Below, piece by piece: positions 1-10,400 of a DNA stretch of 37,027 bases. A program made the position numbers and the translations under genes. Within the stretch, counting starts at the first letter, position 1; the number at the start of each line of letters is the position of its first letter. The notes under the pieces are model-generated. The model made no database searches and was not told the origin of the DNA. It saw only the letters and a program-made list of their open reading frames with translations. Location: the IMG/VR virus record IMGVR_UViG_3300033513_000034, positions 1 to 37,027 of that record. One strand, 5' to 3'. Origin of the DNA: a virus (lineage: Duplodnaviria > Caudoviricetes).

Positions 1-201
1 TACTCTTATTGGGAATACCGTTACCTGCTGGAACCGGACAAGCTCGCATGGTATACGGCGGTCAAGGATCTGCCATCGATCCCCGTCAACATGCCGCCTT
101 TCCCATCACCCACCCGGTTGACTGATAAGGTATTAGCCCTGGAAGCTTTCAGGGCAAAGGTGGAGGAATACTTGAGCAAGTTCCCGACCTGGGAGCCGTG
201 A
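1..201 (+). CDS. 3' end of a gene truncated by the window edge (YSYWEY...FPTWEP*); function unknown
   Basis: Frame 1 is open from base 1 to TGA at 199-201, which overlaps the next start (GTGA). Not in the ORF track. Confidence 0.6.
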   Translation, partial: YSYWEYRYLLEPDKLAWYTAVKDLPSIPVNMPPFPSPTRLTDKVLALEAFRAKVEEYLSKFPTWEP

Positions 202-386
202 TGATTACCCTGGCAGTCAAGCAGGAGGTATCCGAGGACTGGCTGGCCCGGATGGGTGGTGATCCGACCGGTCGGGAGCGGTTGTGGCAACATCTTGAAA
301 GCGAGATGGGTGCTAACATCATGCAGTACCTGCACGGGAAGAAGACAAGCCGCATGCTATTCGCCAGAGAAGGACTGTACGTGTGA
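198..386 (+). CDS. hypothetical protein (62 aa)
   Basis: Start and stop overlap both neighbours (GTGA), typical phage translational coupling. Confidence 0.6.
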   Translation: MMITLAVKQEVSEDWLARMGGDPTGRERLWQHLESEMGANIMQYLHGKKTSRMLFAREGLYV

Positions 387-601
387 GGATGGGTAATTGG
401 CAAGATATGTACCAGTTTATCATCCAGGCTGAGCTGGAAGAAGTGACTACCATGAAACTTCAGGTGTTTGAACCACCGGAGATAGACTTCAGGGTTGTTC
501 AGTCACCAGGCAAGCGTGGGTTCTGGCAGTGTGGGTACTGTGGACAAACCAACGACTTCGAGAAAGACCTGTGCTGCCGTTTCTGTGGAGGACGCCGTTG
601 A
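383..601 (+). CDS. small zinc-ribbon protein
   Basis: C-terminal W-x-CGYC-x10-CRFCG motif; coupled to neighbours. Confidence 0.65.
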   Translation: MRMGNWQDMYQFIIQAELEEVTTMKLQVFEPPEIDFRVVQSPGKRGFWQCGYCGQTNDFEKDLCCRFCGGRR

Positions 602-981
602 AGAAGAAGCTGGTCAAACAAACCATCAAGCGTATTACTCGCATTGCCAAGAAATGGATGAAACCAATGGGTTTGCTGTGGTGGCGAACCGATTTTGTTT
701 ACTTCACGGACAAGAAAACCATCAAGGAGCACCTTGAGGCCAACCCCGGTTTTGTGTGTTTGATGAAAGCCTGGGCTGATTGGAAGTATATGGAAGCCAC
801 TGTCGAGTTCAACCTACCTGCTTTGGCTGAACAAAGTGATAGTAAGATCGAAGAAGCCCTAGTGCATGAGTTCACTCATATCTTGGTGCGTGAGATGCGG
901 GAAGGTGATCTGCACCACGAGGAGCGGGTGGTCAGTACACTAGTGCGAGCTTTCTTCTGGAACGGTGGGAGTAAGTTATAA
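598..981 (+). CDS. zincin-like (HExxH) metallopeptidase-fold protein
   Basis: LVHEFTHIL followed by HEERVV. Likely TTG start at 598 after GGAGG, overlapping the previous stop (ORF track begins at 529). Confidence 0.65.
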   Translation: MKKKLVKQTIKRITRIAKKWMKPMGLLWWRTDFVYFTDKKTIKEHLEANPGFVCLMKAWADWKYMEATVEFNLPALAEQSDSKIEEALVHEFTHILVREMREGDLHHEERVVSTLVRAFFWNGGSKL

Positions 982-988
982 TCATTGT

Positions 989-1061
989 GCCAGCGTAGCC
1001 TAACGGATAGAGCAGCAGTTCTCTAAACTGTTGGTTGTGGGTTCAAATCCCACCGCTGGCG
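989..1061 (+). tRNA. tRNA-Arg(TCT), atypical (C33, D-stem mismatch, no encoded CCA)
   Basis: Acceptor GCCAGCG/CGCTGGC; D-loop GGA (A20, an Arg identity element); anticodon stem GCAGT/ACTGT with loop TCTCTAA; T-arm GTGGG-TTCAAAT-CCCAC. Confidence 0.85.
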
Positions 1062-1062
1062 C

Positions 1063-1099
1063 AAAAAGGTGGCGCCCTCCAAACTTGGAGGGCGCCTTT
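1063..1099. terminator. probable bidirectional intrinsic terminator built around a variant of the 16-bp palindrome
   Basis: GGCGCCCTCCAA-AC-TTGGAGGGCGCC (1071-1096) with A-run on the left and TTT on the right, between the convergent tRNA and late genes. Confidence 0.75.
1076..1091. repeat. 16-bp palindrome, variant CCTCCAAaCTTGGAGG
   Basis: Direct reading; central mismatch. Confidence 0.85.
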
Positions 1100-1100
1100 G

Positions 1101-1475
1101 TCATTGGATGCGGCCTACTTCCAGTGTTCGAACCTCCTCGATTGGGTTCTTCTTCGTGAAGAACTTCATGATCAGGTCGTGTGTATAGTTGCTTCCTCGT
1201 CCAATTATAAAGCCGGTAAGTACCTGTCCGACTCGGCCAGGTTCGATCAAGTTATCGAGCCCGAGCCACTTGGGGATCAGAGCAACCATATCCAGTTTGT
1301 AGATCCAGCATAGGCCAACACCCACTCCCAGGGCGCAGTACATCAGCAGCCACTTGAACTTGGTCCAGCCGAGCTTATCCATCGGTGTCCCGAAGATGTA
1401 CTCGACCAGCGCTTCCACCACCAGGGATAGGAAGTAGATGATGACCAGCACACCCAGAACTTCTAGAATATCCAT
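1101..1475 (-). CDS. holin-like membrane protein (124 aa)
   Basis: Three hydrophobic segments, LTGFIIGRGSNYTHD motif, charged C-terminus, last gene of the late region; AAGGAGG before the ATG at 1475. Confidence 0.6.
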   Translation of the reverse strand: MDILEVLGVLVIIYFLSLVVEALVEYIFGTPMDKLGWTKFKWLLMYCALGVGVGLCWIYKLDMVALIPKWLGLDNLIEPGRVGQVLTGFIIGRGSNYTHDLIMKFFTKKNPIEEVRTLEVGRIQ

Positions 1476-1486
1476 TGTGCCCTCCT

Positions 1487-1621
1487 TTAGGCATCTTTGA
1501 CATTGGCGTATAACGCCTTCTTTTGAGCCACGGCTTTGGCATGTGAGGAGTGGCGGTACTTGACTCTCCACTTGCCGTTCTTCTTTACCAGTACGTTCTT
1601 GCCAACAACCTTGTACGGCAT
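1487..1621 (-). CDS. small basic protein, 44 aa (MPYKVVGKNV...AQKKALYANVKDA)
   Basis: GGAGG 4 nt before ATG; fills the gap between neighbours; below the ORF-track size cutoff. Confidence 0.7.
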   Translation of the reverse strand: MPYKVVGKNVLVKKNGKWRVKYRHSSHAKAVAQKKALYANVKDA

Positions 1622-1639
1622 ACGACCTCCGTGATTATA

Positions 1640-1840
1640 CTATTTCTTTTTCTTTCGATTGCGTGCCCACTTCTTAGCCTGGATGGCGAAGTTGGCGCGC
1701 TTACGCTGCTTGGTGGTAGCACTTTTGTCTTTCATGACTGCATGGGCATGCTCCTGCACACCACGGCCGGCAGCCTTGGCAGACTTGGTGAACTTGCCAC
1801 GGTTTTTCTTCTTGATCTTGATACCTGACTTGTTAGCCAT
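1640..1840 (-). CDS. small highly basic protein, 66 aa (possible virion DNA-binding protein)
   Basis: AAGGAGG before the ATG at 1840; very K/R-rich; IKIKKKNRGKFT...KRANFA...KKW. Confidence 0.7.
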   Translation of the reverse strand: MANKSGIKIKKKNRGKFTKSAKAAGRGVQEHAHAVMKDKSATTKQRKRANFAIQAKKWARNRKKKK

Positions 1841-1851
1841 TGGAACCTCCT

Positions 1852-2808
1852 TTACCATGGATTCGGATTCAAGTTGCCCTGCCTGATCCAATCGATAGCC
1901 TGGATCGGGATAGGGACGCCAACCGTCGTACCACTAATACAGTTGAACCATAACTTGCCATAAGCCACTGTGGTGGTGCTACTCCCGAAGGGTGTCCAGG
2001 TTGTGCCGTTCTTGGAGAAGTAGGTGTAGTAGGTGGTATTGGTCCTGGCAATCATAAAGTAGAACGCTTCCCCGTATTGGTTAGGAGCGTGTGACCCAAG
2101 GGTGCCTGCTGGGTTGTCAGACCACAAATAACAGGAAGTGGTGGAGTAGACTCTCCAACCCACCCGGATGTAGTCGGTGCCAACGTAGGTGGTGGTGCTA
2201 TTGTTCAACGAGATCCCCATGGCCTGAGCACCAGCAGCTGGGCTGGGCACACTGGCAGGGGCAGTTGGGGTCGCACATACAATGATAGTCTTGCCAGTGG
2301 GCAGAGTATAGTTCTGGTAGAAGTAGACACCAGCGTAATTCACCTGGCACAGAAGCCAGCCGTGACGCGTAGCCAGATCGTAGATGGCAAGCGAGCCAGC
2401 TGGTTGTATGATGTTGACTACTCCGGTTGAGCCAGATACTACGGTCCACTTGCTATCCAGGGCGGAGTCTTGAAACTCCTCATCCGGTTCATCGCCGGTG
2501 GGTTTGTAGGTCAGGTCAACACTGTCATCCAGATCCTGCCCGGTTTCCAGTGGTGCGCCTCCAGAGTAGGTTTCGGTAGGAGTGGTGGTGGCTACCTGGA
2601 TAGTGTACAACACCGGACTGCCAGAAGCATAGTCCACAAACACATGATCGCCCACAGAAGGAGCCGGGCCGATTTGTGGGATGCCGTATAGGATCGAGCC
2701 ATACTCATCCCCCAGCTGGACCGTGGCACAGCCAGGCAGGGAGTCAAGCACGATCCCAGGGATGAGTTTGTTCTTCTGGAGTGCGGAAAGTGAGCGTGAC
2801 AGACTCAT
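1852..2808 (-). CDS. tail-tip / receptor-binding protein with beta-sandwich (ConA-like) C-terminal domain
   Basis: Follows the tail genes; short beta-rich N-domain (PSVGDHVFV), Thr/acidic linker, then DEEFQDSALDSKW...IDWIR typical of lectin-like sandwiches; ATGA overlap at 2805-2808. Confidence 0.55.
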   Translation of the reverse strand: MSLSRSLSALQKNKLIPGIVLDSLPGCATVQLGDEYGSILYGIPQIGPAPSVGDHVFVDYASGSPVLYTIQVATTTPTETYSGGAPLETGQDLDDSVDLTYKPTGDEPDEEFQDSALDSKWTVVSGSTGVVNIIQPAGSLAIYDLATRHGWLLCQVNYAGVYFYQNYTLPTGKTIIVCATPTAPASVPSPAAGAQAMGISLNNSTTTYVGTDYIRVGWRVYSTTSCYLWSDNPAGTLGSHAPNQYGEAFYFMIARTNTTYYTYFSKNGTTWTPFGSSTTTVAYGKLWFNCISGTTVGVPIPIQAIDWIRQGNLNPNPW

Positions 2809-3725
2809 GTTACATGCCTCCCTTGCAGGGTCTCGCTTTCCTGAGTTGGCCTCCAATTGAAACTCAGGTTCTCTGCGATGAAGTATTCACTTACGGTAGT
2901 GCCGGTGCCTGAGAGAACGTAGGACAGGTTCACCTTATCACCGATCTCGATTAGGTGGTGCAGGCGGGCATTGGCTGTGTATAGGGTGAGGCCTTCCAGG
3001 GCGCGCTGCTGGATTATCTGGGTGATAAAGTCCACGTCCGTATTGATGTTCGGCAGACGCAGGACAGCCGGGGTGAACCCCACATCACTGGCCCAACTGG
3101 TGCTCTGGACTAGCTTGGAGTAGGCGTAGTAGGCGGTGATATCACTCATGCCTGGAGTGAACCTGGTTTCCTTGCGGTGGTTGCGAACGCGGTACAGGTT
3201 CGAACTTCCCAGGTTGCCAAGGTAGGTATAAGCGACCGCTCCATTGTGACGCGGGAATAACAAGACTGGCCGCTCCTGGATGACAGACGAGATGGCATTA
3301 GCCCCGGTGCTTTCCATATCCACCCAGACCGCTTCCCGGTAAGTACCCAGCTCCCGGATGCGGATATTAGTAACGGTGATAGGGCTGGTGGCCTTGAGTT
3401 TTACGGGAGTGTTCACCAGGCACTTGGGTGGGGTGGGACAGCATGAGCCGATGCAGTGTATATCATTGTAGACCGAGATAAAGTCATCATGGATGAAGAC
3501 CCGCAGGTGAGTGATGGCAGCGGTCAGGGAGTATTTCTCCACCAACTTGGTGGCGATGATCGTTCCTCCACCGTCGAAAGCATCTGCACTGTAGAAACCC
3601 ACGTAGGTGGTGTTGATCGCAACCGTAGCTGACAGGTTGCCTATATTGATATACAGGGTCTTGCCAGTTATATCCGGCAGATCCATTGAAAGGTCCAGAC
3701 CACCAAAGACTGAGGTTGAGGTCAT
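2805..3725 (-). CDS. minor tail protein (hub-like)
   Basis: Position in tail module; C-terminal IEIGDKVNL...FIAENLSFNW resembles tail hub barrels. Confidence 0.5.
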   Translation of the reverse strand: MTSTSVFGGLDLSMDLPDITGKTLYINIGNLSATVAINTTYVGFYSADAFDGGGTIIATKLVEKYSLTAAITHLRVFIHDDFISVYNDIHCIGSCCPTPPKCLVNTPVKLKATSPITVTNIRIRELGTYREAVWVDMESTGANAISSVIQERPVLLFPRHNGAVAYTYLGNLGSSNLYRVRNHRKETRFTPGMSDITAYYAYSKLVQSTSWASDVGFTPAVLRLPNINTDVDFITQIIQQRALEGLTLYTANARLHHLIEIGDKVNLSYVLSGTGTTVSEYFIAENLSFNWRPTQESETLQGRHVT

Positions 3726-6700
3726 AAGTCGCTCCAGACAGTAGTCACATTGGTGTCAGTCACCGTGATATCGCCAGGGAATTCAGCCTTGGCGCCCAGC
3801 CCTTTGGATAGGGCATCAATGTAGTTGGTCAGGCCCATATCCTCTGTGTCCAGTGAAGAAGCATAGAAACTCTTCAGCCTCAGGGAAGCTGTGCCCTCGA
3901 AGATATAGGCCACTGTACCGGGCGGGAAGAAGGTGGATGACTGGCCGGTAGAAGCCCGGACGGTGGTCAGTGCTCCTGTCACCCAGGTATTCACGGACAT
4001 ATCATGACTGTCCGAAACGTCATCCCCTTCCAGGAACCAGCGCGAGCGGTTGAGGGTATATTCCACGGCTCCAGCATTAGTGATGAAAGGTTTCCAGTCT
4101 ACCTCATGAACCTTGTGAGCGTATCCATCGTCAAAGGCCATGACATATCCGGAATAATCATTGTAGTGGGTGGCGTTGTTCTGCCAGCGGAATAGGGATA
4201 CTTCAGCTGCCTGTTTGTAACCGTAGAAATGGTTGTCACTGCGATATGGGTTCCAGCTGGTAACGTTGCGGATCTGCCAGGGGCCTTCCGGATCCACGTA
4301 AGAGCACATGGTCGTGCCCTTGAGATCATAGGTGGTGTAACCGGTAGCACCTTCGTAGCTGAGGACACAACCATTGAGCAAAACCTGACCGGCGATGCTG
4401 AAACCCACACCCTGGGCTTCGTCAGCCGGTGTCTCCTTCCAGGCCAGCAGGGAGGAGTTGTCGGCGCTGAAGCCGACGATAGGGAAGTGCTTGGCGGTCA
4501 CTTCACCATAGATGCCGATCTTGGGAACAGCCACGGAGGATGACAGCATGCTGCCAAGTCCTGCGTCCCACAGGAAACTGCTGGAGGCGGCGCTCCAGGT
4601 GCTGGTGGTGGAGTTTAGCTCGTAGGTGGCAAAGTAGCCATCCCGGTGCTCGAACTTGATCTTGCTGAAGTTGGTGACTGTTACTTTGGGGGAGGTCTCG
4701 TAGACCAGGTTTCCGTGCTGGACAACCCGGATAAAGGATTGGATCAGTCCGGAACTAGGGGTGTGCTCGTAGGCTCCGAGGACGTAGTTTTCGGAATCTT
4801 CGGCCAGCCCGACAATCCCGTAAATGTAGTAGGACTCGGTTACAGTTGAACTTACCTCAAACCTGGCTATAGCCTGGAAGTTGACTGCGTTATAGGGGCG
4901 TTGGGAGAACAGGATGCTCGGGCCGCGCATGTTGGAGGGGTAGCAGAAATCCCAGGTGGTGGAATTGACTGTTTCCGGTATCCACATGGTGGTAGCCAAG
5001 GGCCGGACACCCACTCCGTTGTACCACATTGTCAAACGATCTGGCCGGCACCAGGTAGTAGTGTGATCATGGAAGACCACCCCGATGCTTTTGATCTTGT
5101 CACCGATCGGCAGGGAACCAGCTCCTATTTGAAAGTCCAAGGGATAGTAGCCAGTAACCGTGGTTCCCAGATAGTATTTTGGCGGGCGGCAATAGGTTGT
5201 TCCCATAAGATCGGTTGCCATGACAACTGTCTCATATTCGGTTGAGCCGCGAATGGTCTTGAAGTAAACACCCAGATCATCTACATTCAAGTTGGTTCCG
5301 GTCAGGGTGCGGGACCAGGCATAAACATTGACTATACAGTGTTGCGGGTGCATCTCCCATCCCAATGGATTTGTGTCGATGACCAGCGGATAGTCTTTCA
5401 GGCTCAGCTCGGCCTTCAGGTCTTCGATCTTGACACATACACTGTGGGTGGCAGTGGTGGCGATATAGTACATGCCCCCACCCTCAGCATAGTTTGAGTT
5501 GCTGAAGTCGATATCGATCTCAACCGGTTCCCCAGGCTGAGCGTTGAGGAAGTTGTCAACCAGGTTCAGGTCATCCCGCAGGCACTGTTTGGCAGTCAAC
5601 TCGACGTAGTTGGGATAAGAAGAACTATTCAGGATAGCCAGGCTGGAATTGGTCAGGGTCAGGTTGGGGGTGCGTATCCCATCTCCAAAGTCATAAGACA
5701 GATCTGTGATGATGAACTCACCGGCCTGGATCGGGTAATAGCCAACATCCAGCACTGGCCCAAAATCCACTGTGCAGACATTCCCAACAGCTAGCAGTGA
5801 GTTGCCGTAGAAGGCTTCATGGGGATCAGAGAGGGTCATCTGCCAAACATCATTACCGTTGGAAACTGCACCGGTCAGGGAAAGGATGCTTCCGATCGGG
5901 ATCTCCAGGCTGGAGCAGTGAGCTGGGTCGAGCCAGTAGGAGTAGGCTTCGGACTTATAGCGATCGCCGCTGGCAAAGTAGACCAGGTAGTTACTGGTAT
6001 CCAGGGCACAGCATACGTGAGCTCCAAGCTTGGAGACCGAACTCCAGCGGTTCATAGCAAAGTAGCGACCATCCGTGCTGGAGTTGATCATTGTCCATGG
6101 TGCTCTGGTGGTGTACTCGTCGGTAGTTGTCACGGCTGCGGTGCCATCTGCGCGGGCATAACTACCGACCAGAAAGATGGTGGAGTTGCTGATGAAGGAG
6201 TCCTGTACCTGGTAGGTTGACATATCCCTGGGGATGGCTACGAATACATCCGACCAGTAATCATGGGTCTTATCATAGATGCAACCCAACAGATCCCCAT
6301 CCAGGCGGCTGTAGTAAACATAGATCTTGGAACTCAGCTCGACCGCTGTAAAGTAGATCACATTCTCAGGGGCCGTATCAGCTGGCACTGTTGCAGTGTA
6401 AACGTTGTTGTGGCGGGACATAAAACGGTAGGGCATGGTGTGAGTCTGCCAGGTGCCGCTCTTATAATAGACCGTGGGCCGCGTACCGCCGTTGTCTATC
6501 CCAAGGTAAACTACCTGGGTCGCATCGGTGGGAGAAACCACTGAAAGGGAACCAGGTTCAACCTCCGCTGCGGTTACATTCTCAACAGTGAGGTTGGTAG
6601 CTCCGGGCAGGCAGTAACCGCGTTGGATGATCATGTTGGGTGAGTCAATAAAGAAGACGTAGATGTTTCCCCCACTGTAGCAAATGGCAGGCTTGGCCCA

Positions 6701-6988
6701 TTTGTAAGTGTACTCAGTTACCGTGGCTCCGGAGGTGAAGTTGCCAGCAAACACCCCATTGACGTACTTTTCCAGTACGAGGGTTGTGGGGTTCACCACA
6801 ACCGATATGAGCTGAGTGCCGGTCCAGACTGCATCCTGAACGATCCGATCCACGTTGTCGTAGGCTGTATCTGTCCCTGACCAGGTGCTGAACCAGATGC
6901 GGGTCTTGAAGATTTCCGCTGAACACTGACTGCGGGAACCTTCGCCTTGCTGAGCAGTTTCAATTACGGCATCGTAGTCTCTCGACAT
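3722..6988 (-). CDS. large minor tail protein (1088 aa)
   Basis: Two genes downstream of the tape measure; beta-rich, S/T/Y-rich; internal GEFIITDLSYD hub-like segment. Confidence 0.6.
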   Translation of the reverse strand: MSRDYDAVIETAQQGEGSRSQCSAEIFKTRIWFSTWSGTDTAYDNVDRIVQDAVWTGTQLISVVVNPTTLVLEKYVNGVFAGNFTSGATVTEYTYKWAKPAICYSGGNIYVFFIDSPNMIIQRGYCLPGATNLTVENVTAAEVEPGSLSVVSPTDATQVVYLGIDNGGTRPTVYYKSGTWQTHTMPYRFMSRHNNVYTATVPADTAPENVIYFTAVELSSKIYVYYSRLDGDLLGCIYDKTHDYWSDVFVAIPRDMSTYQVQDSFISNSTIFLVGSYARADGTAAVTTTDEYTTRAPWTMINSSTDGRYFAMNRWSSVSKLGAHVCCALDTSNYLVYFASGDRYKSEAYSYWLDPAHCSSLEIPIGSILSLTGAVSNGNDVWQMTLSDPHEAFYGNSLLAVGNVCTVDFGPVLDVGYYPIQAGEFIITDLSYDFGDGIRTPNLTLTNSSLAILNSSSYPNYVELTAKQCLRDDLNLVDNFLNAQPGEPVEIDIDFSNSNYAEGGGMYYIATTATHSVCVKIEDLKAELSLKDYPLVIDTNPLGWEMHPQHCIVNVYAWSRTLTGTNLNVDDLGVYFKTIRGSTEYETVVMATDLMGTTYCRPPKYYLGTTVTGYYPLDFQIGAGSLPIGDKIKSIGVVFHDHTTTWCRPDRLTMWYNGVGVRPLATTMWIPETVNSTTWDFCYPSNMRGPSILFSQRPYNAVNFQAIARFEVSSTVTESYYIYGIVGLAEDSENYVLGAYEHTPSSGLIQSFIRVVQHGNLVYETSPKVTVTNFSKIKFEHRDGYFATYELNSTTSTWSAASSSFLWDAGLGSMLSSSVAVPKIGIYGEVTAKHFPIVGFSADNSSLLAWKETPADEAQGVGFSIAGQVLLNGCVLSYEGATGYTTYDLKGTTMCSYVDPEGPWQIRNVTSWNPYRSDNHFYGYKQAAEVSLFRWQNNATHYNDYSGYVMAFDDGYAHKVHEVDWKPFITNAGAVEYTLNRSRWFLEGDDVSDSHDMSVNTWVTGALTTVRASTGQSSTFFPPGTVAYIFEGTASLRLKSFYASSLDTEDMGLTNYIDALSKGLGAKAEFPGDITVTDTNVTTVWSDL
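6022..6035. repeat. palindrome 14-bp core CTCCAAGCTTGGAG (inside tail gene)
   Basis: Direct reading. Confidence 0.8.
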
Positions 6989-6997
6989 ATCCTTCTC

Positions 6998-7420
6998 CTA
7001 GGTAGTGGTGGTGCCCATGGCAATCTGAACCTCGACCATGTACCAGGTGTTGTTGCCATCAATGATGGTACAGATAGGTTGCAAGGCTACCTGGGCATTT
7101 ATAACCTTGCAGTTGGTATGCCAGATACCCCAGTGATCAGTCATGCTGAAGAAGGGTGTGGGATTCGCATTGGGGTTATTGCGCTTCAGGATGGTCTTTA
7201 GGCGATCGTACCAGCCATAAGAAGTATCCGAGACAGTGTACGGGACACGCAGGACATAATCAAAGGACTCGTACACCCCACCGTAAGTGATATCGTAAGA
7301 CCCACTGGCGGTCTTCTCAACGTTGCGGGTGGTCTCGATGACTGGGACCATCTTGACTGCCTTGAACTTGCAGGTATAGCCACCTGTGCTTTCTACAACG
7401 GTGATGTATGAATTAGCCAT
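6998..7420 (-). CDS. putative distal tail protein (140 aa)
   Basis: Immediately downstream of the tape measure, with the size and beta character expected of Dit-like proteins. Confidence 0.5.
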   Translation of the reverse strand: MANSYITVVESTGGYTCKFKAVKMVPVIETTRNVEKTASGSYDITYGGVYESFDYVLRVPYTVSDTSYGWYDRLKTILKRNNPNANPTPFFSMTDHWGIWHTNCKVINAQVALQPICTIIDGNNTWYMVEVQIAMGTTTT

Positions 7421-10400
7421 TTAGAACATCCTTATTTCCTTGCTGGTGGTGTCGATAACGTACTTGCCAAGGAGCTCGTTGCCGATGTAGATTTTTATAA
7501 CGCTGTTTCCTCCAAGCTTGGAGGCGGTCTGTGCATACCTCGGGATGACTTCTCCAGCCCAGGGATCAGACAGCCCACGTGTGATGGCTTGCAGGGTGTT
7601 ACCTGAGATAATGGAAGTGGGGGTGATGGGGATTGCCACCTCGGGTCCATCCTCGCCAACGATGCGCGGGCTGGTAATTACCCCGCCAATGGCACTGCCA
7701 CCCTGGATTGGCACCCAGCGTCCCTTTTCCGCATCCCACCTCCAGCCTGCCCCTGGATTGTTACTGCGGTCTGTCAAAGGATCTGAAGCATCAGGTAACT
7801 CTCCACCCGTGATATCGTAAAGCTCACGCACGAAGTTGGTGATGATATCCAACACACTGATCATGTTGTTGCCCAACAACTTGGCGTTGCCCGCGGCGAT
7901 CGATTCCTGGTCGGCCATTTCGAGCAGTTTCTGGTTGGCCTCATAGGTCTTGGTGGCGAAGTAAGCCTGAGCGCCGGCCGCATCCTTTGAGAGTTGGAGT
8001 TGTTTCATCTGGTACTCGTACTGGAGCTTGCGCTCGGTTTCCTGAAGCTCAAAGCTCTTTTTGTAGAACTCTTCCTGCTTGGTCATGTACTGGCTTTGCA
8101 GGTCGTGCAGGGTCTTGTACTCGGCCTTGGCTTTATCGAACTGCTTCTGCTGGATATCCCACAACTCCTGCTGGCGGGCGCGCTGGATGTCGATCTGTCC
8201 TGTTTCCAGGTTGTAGGACATCACATCCCGCCCGCGCTGGCGCTCGGCCAGGCGGCGCTCGCGGCCGCTCATGAAGCGCACATTCTCCTCATAGTCCTCG
8301 GTGCTCCACTGGAATTGCAGTCCGCGCATCTGGGACTGGTAGCCCCAATCCTGCTGCGTCCACTGGCGGGTGCGGTTCATCTGCTGTTGCTGTTGCCCGA
8401 ACTGCCACATCTGGTACTGGTTCTGGATATCGAAAGTCTGTCTCTGATAGCCGAAACCGTACATCTGTTGCTCGTATCCGAGCTGAGCCTGTTGGGTGTT
8501 CAGGGCGAAGAACTGCGGCATGTACTCTTCCTGCAGGGCAATACCGCGCAGGGTTGCACCGATGCTTGCCATCTGGCCCTGATAGGAAAACTTGTTAGCG
8601 GCCAGCTGGGCGCCCATCGAACCACCCACTACCTGCCCGTTGCTCATGGTGTAACCTGTAACAGCCGCGTTCAGGATCGGGTTATTGGAGAGAGCTGAGC
8701 CAGCCCATCCACCACCAGGACCGACCGCGCCGGCACCCCAGACGTTGGCGGTCACCTGTTGGGCAGGGACATTACCCCACTGATAGCTGGTTGTGCCCCA
8801 TGGTAGACCGGTTTGCTGTCCTTGCAAGTTGATGTCACCAAACATCACTGGAGCAGTGGCTGGCATCCCGGTGCCAGGCCCGCCTGTGCTGGGGATCTGT
8901 CCCTGCATGGCGAGGTTAGTCCAGGCGATTGGATTACCGCTGATCAGCTGGCCGTAAAGTTGCTGGTACTGCGGCCCCATCAGATTGTAGCGGGTCACAG
9001 CACGCGCGGCGTCCATGCTACCCGAGATAGCTAGAGCTTGGTTTCCATATTCAAGAGCTTGTCTCCACTGTGGGATCTGCTCTCTACGAATACCAGGAAT
9101 TCCCCTTTCGGGAGCACCCAGGATCTGTTCGGGGATGTACCCAAGCTGGCTAGCTGGTCCAACCAGGGCCAGGCGGGCTTCGGCTGTAGTCAACTCTTTA
9201 GGGGTAGCTTTGGCAGCACCCATGCCCACACCCCACTGCAAGCCGCCAGCTTCTACACTCGTGCGCCAGCTCTCCAGCTGTTGCCGGGCTGACACAGCCT
9301 GCGGGTTCGTGAAGTCCAGGTTCAGGTTATAGTTGATCCCCATCCCCTGCCACTTCTGCCCGATGGCAGACTCGGTGGCGATCATTTGGGCGATCACCGG
9401 TGTTTGGCGATAGATATCCGCAATATCCTCATAGGGTTTAAATGGAGCACCCTCCTGCCAATACTTTCCCCTCAAAGCCAGGCCCATTTCAGGCGATAGT
9501 TGAGCCATAAACTGAGCACCGGTCTGGATCTTGGAGAGCCGGACAATATCTTCCCCAACGTATTTGGTGAGGCCTTGCTCCATGGCGCCCTGCAGTTGAG
9601 GTGTCAGGATGGCCTGCCCAGCGGCCGCCAGGGCACCAGTGATGTTCTCCATATTGACACCGGCTGTTCGCATGTTGGCCGAGAACTGGATCTGCTCTTG
9701 AGTAGGGACAACCCCAGCCTTGGCATACATGGAAGATACCTGTTGAGCGATATCAGGACCATACTGTTTGTAGAAGCCGGAGACTGACTCTCCGGTAATG
9801 CCAGCCGTGATGAGATCGGGACGGTTCCTTAGACTGGTAGTGAGCGGGACACCGGAAGTCCTTTGTTGGGTAATGGCATTTTGCAAGAGCGCCATATCAA
9901 CCTTTTCCTGAGTAGTGCCGAACAGGTTGACTTTCATAGTGTTCCAGGCGAACTTGCTATCACCATAAACATCGGTGGCGGCGCCTGTCAGGGCTGTGCC
10001 AGGGTCCATCCTGGTTCCAGCCACCATAAGACCGGTCGCCCCAATGACACCTGCAGCGGCACCTATCCCGATCCCAACCGGTCCAGTCATGGCAATTGCG
10101 GCGGGTGTGCCAGCCGTAAGCATTGAACCAAGCCACAGGGACATCATCGATCCAGCAACTGCGCCTGCACCGACACCGCCTATATCTCGGGCCACGGAAG
10201 GAGCATTGGCACCAAGGCGCTGGATAGCCGCGCCAGCACCACCACCGTAAGCGATCTGAGCCTGCCGGACTACATTGGCAGTGGACTCATAGGGCATGGC
10301 CCCAGGAACGTAGCCCAACAGTCCTTGAGCTGATTGGGATAGAAACTGGTCGGCTTGCTGTTGGCCGTATTCCATAAAGCCCAGCGGCATCTGCGCCAGG

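Noticed and set aside
1-201. Possible endolysin C-terminus near the holin-like gene
   Set aside because: Only 66 residues visible and no catalytic motif; cannot be supported.
1020-1027. CTCTAAA suggesting an amber-suppressor (CUA) tRNA and stop-codon recoding
   Set aside because: The anticodon stem only pairs in the register placing TCT at 34-36, A20 fits Arg, and genes are intact with TAG used as a normal stop.
7900-8560. Q-rich segment with periodic aromatic residues
   Set aside because: Ordinary tape-measure helical periodicity, not a separate repeat element.
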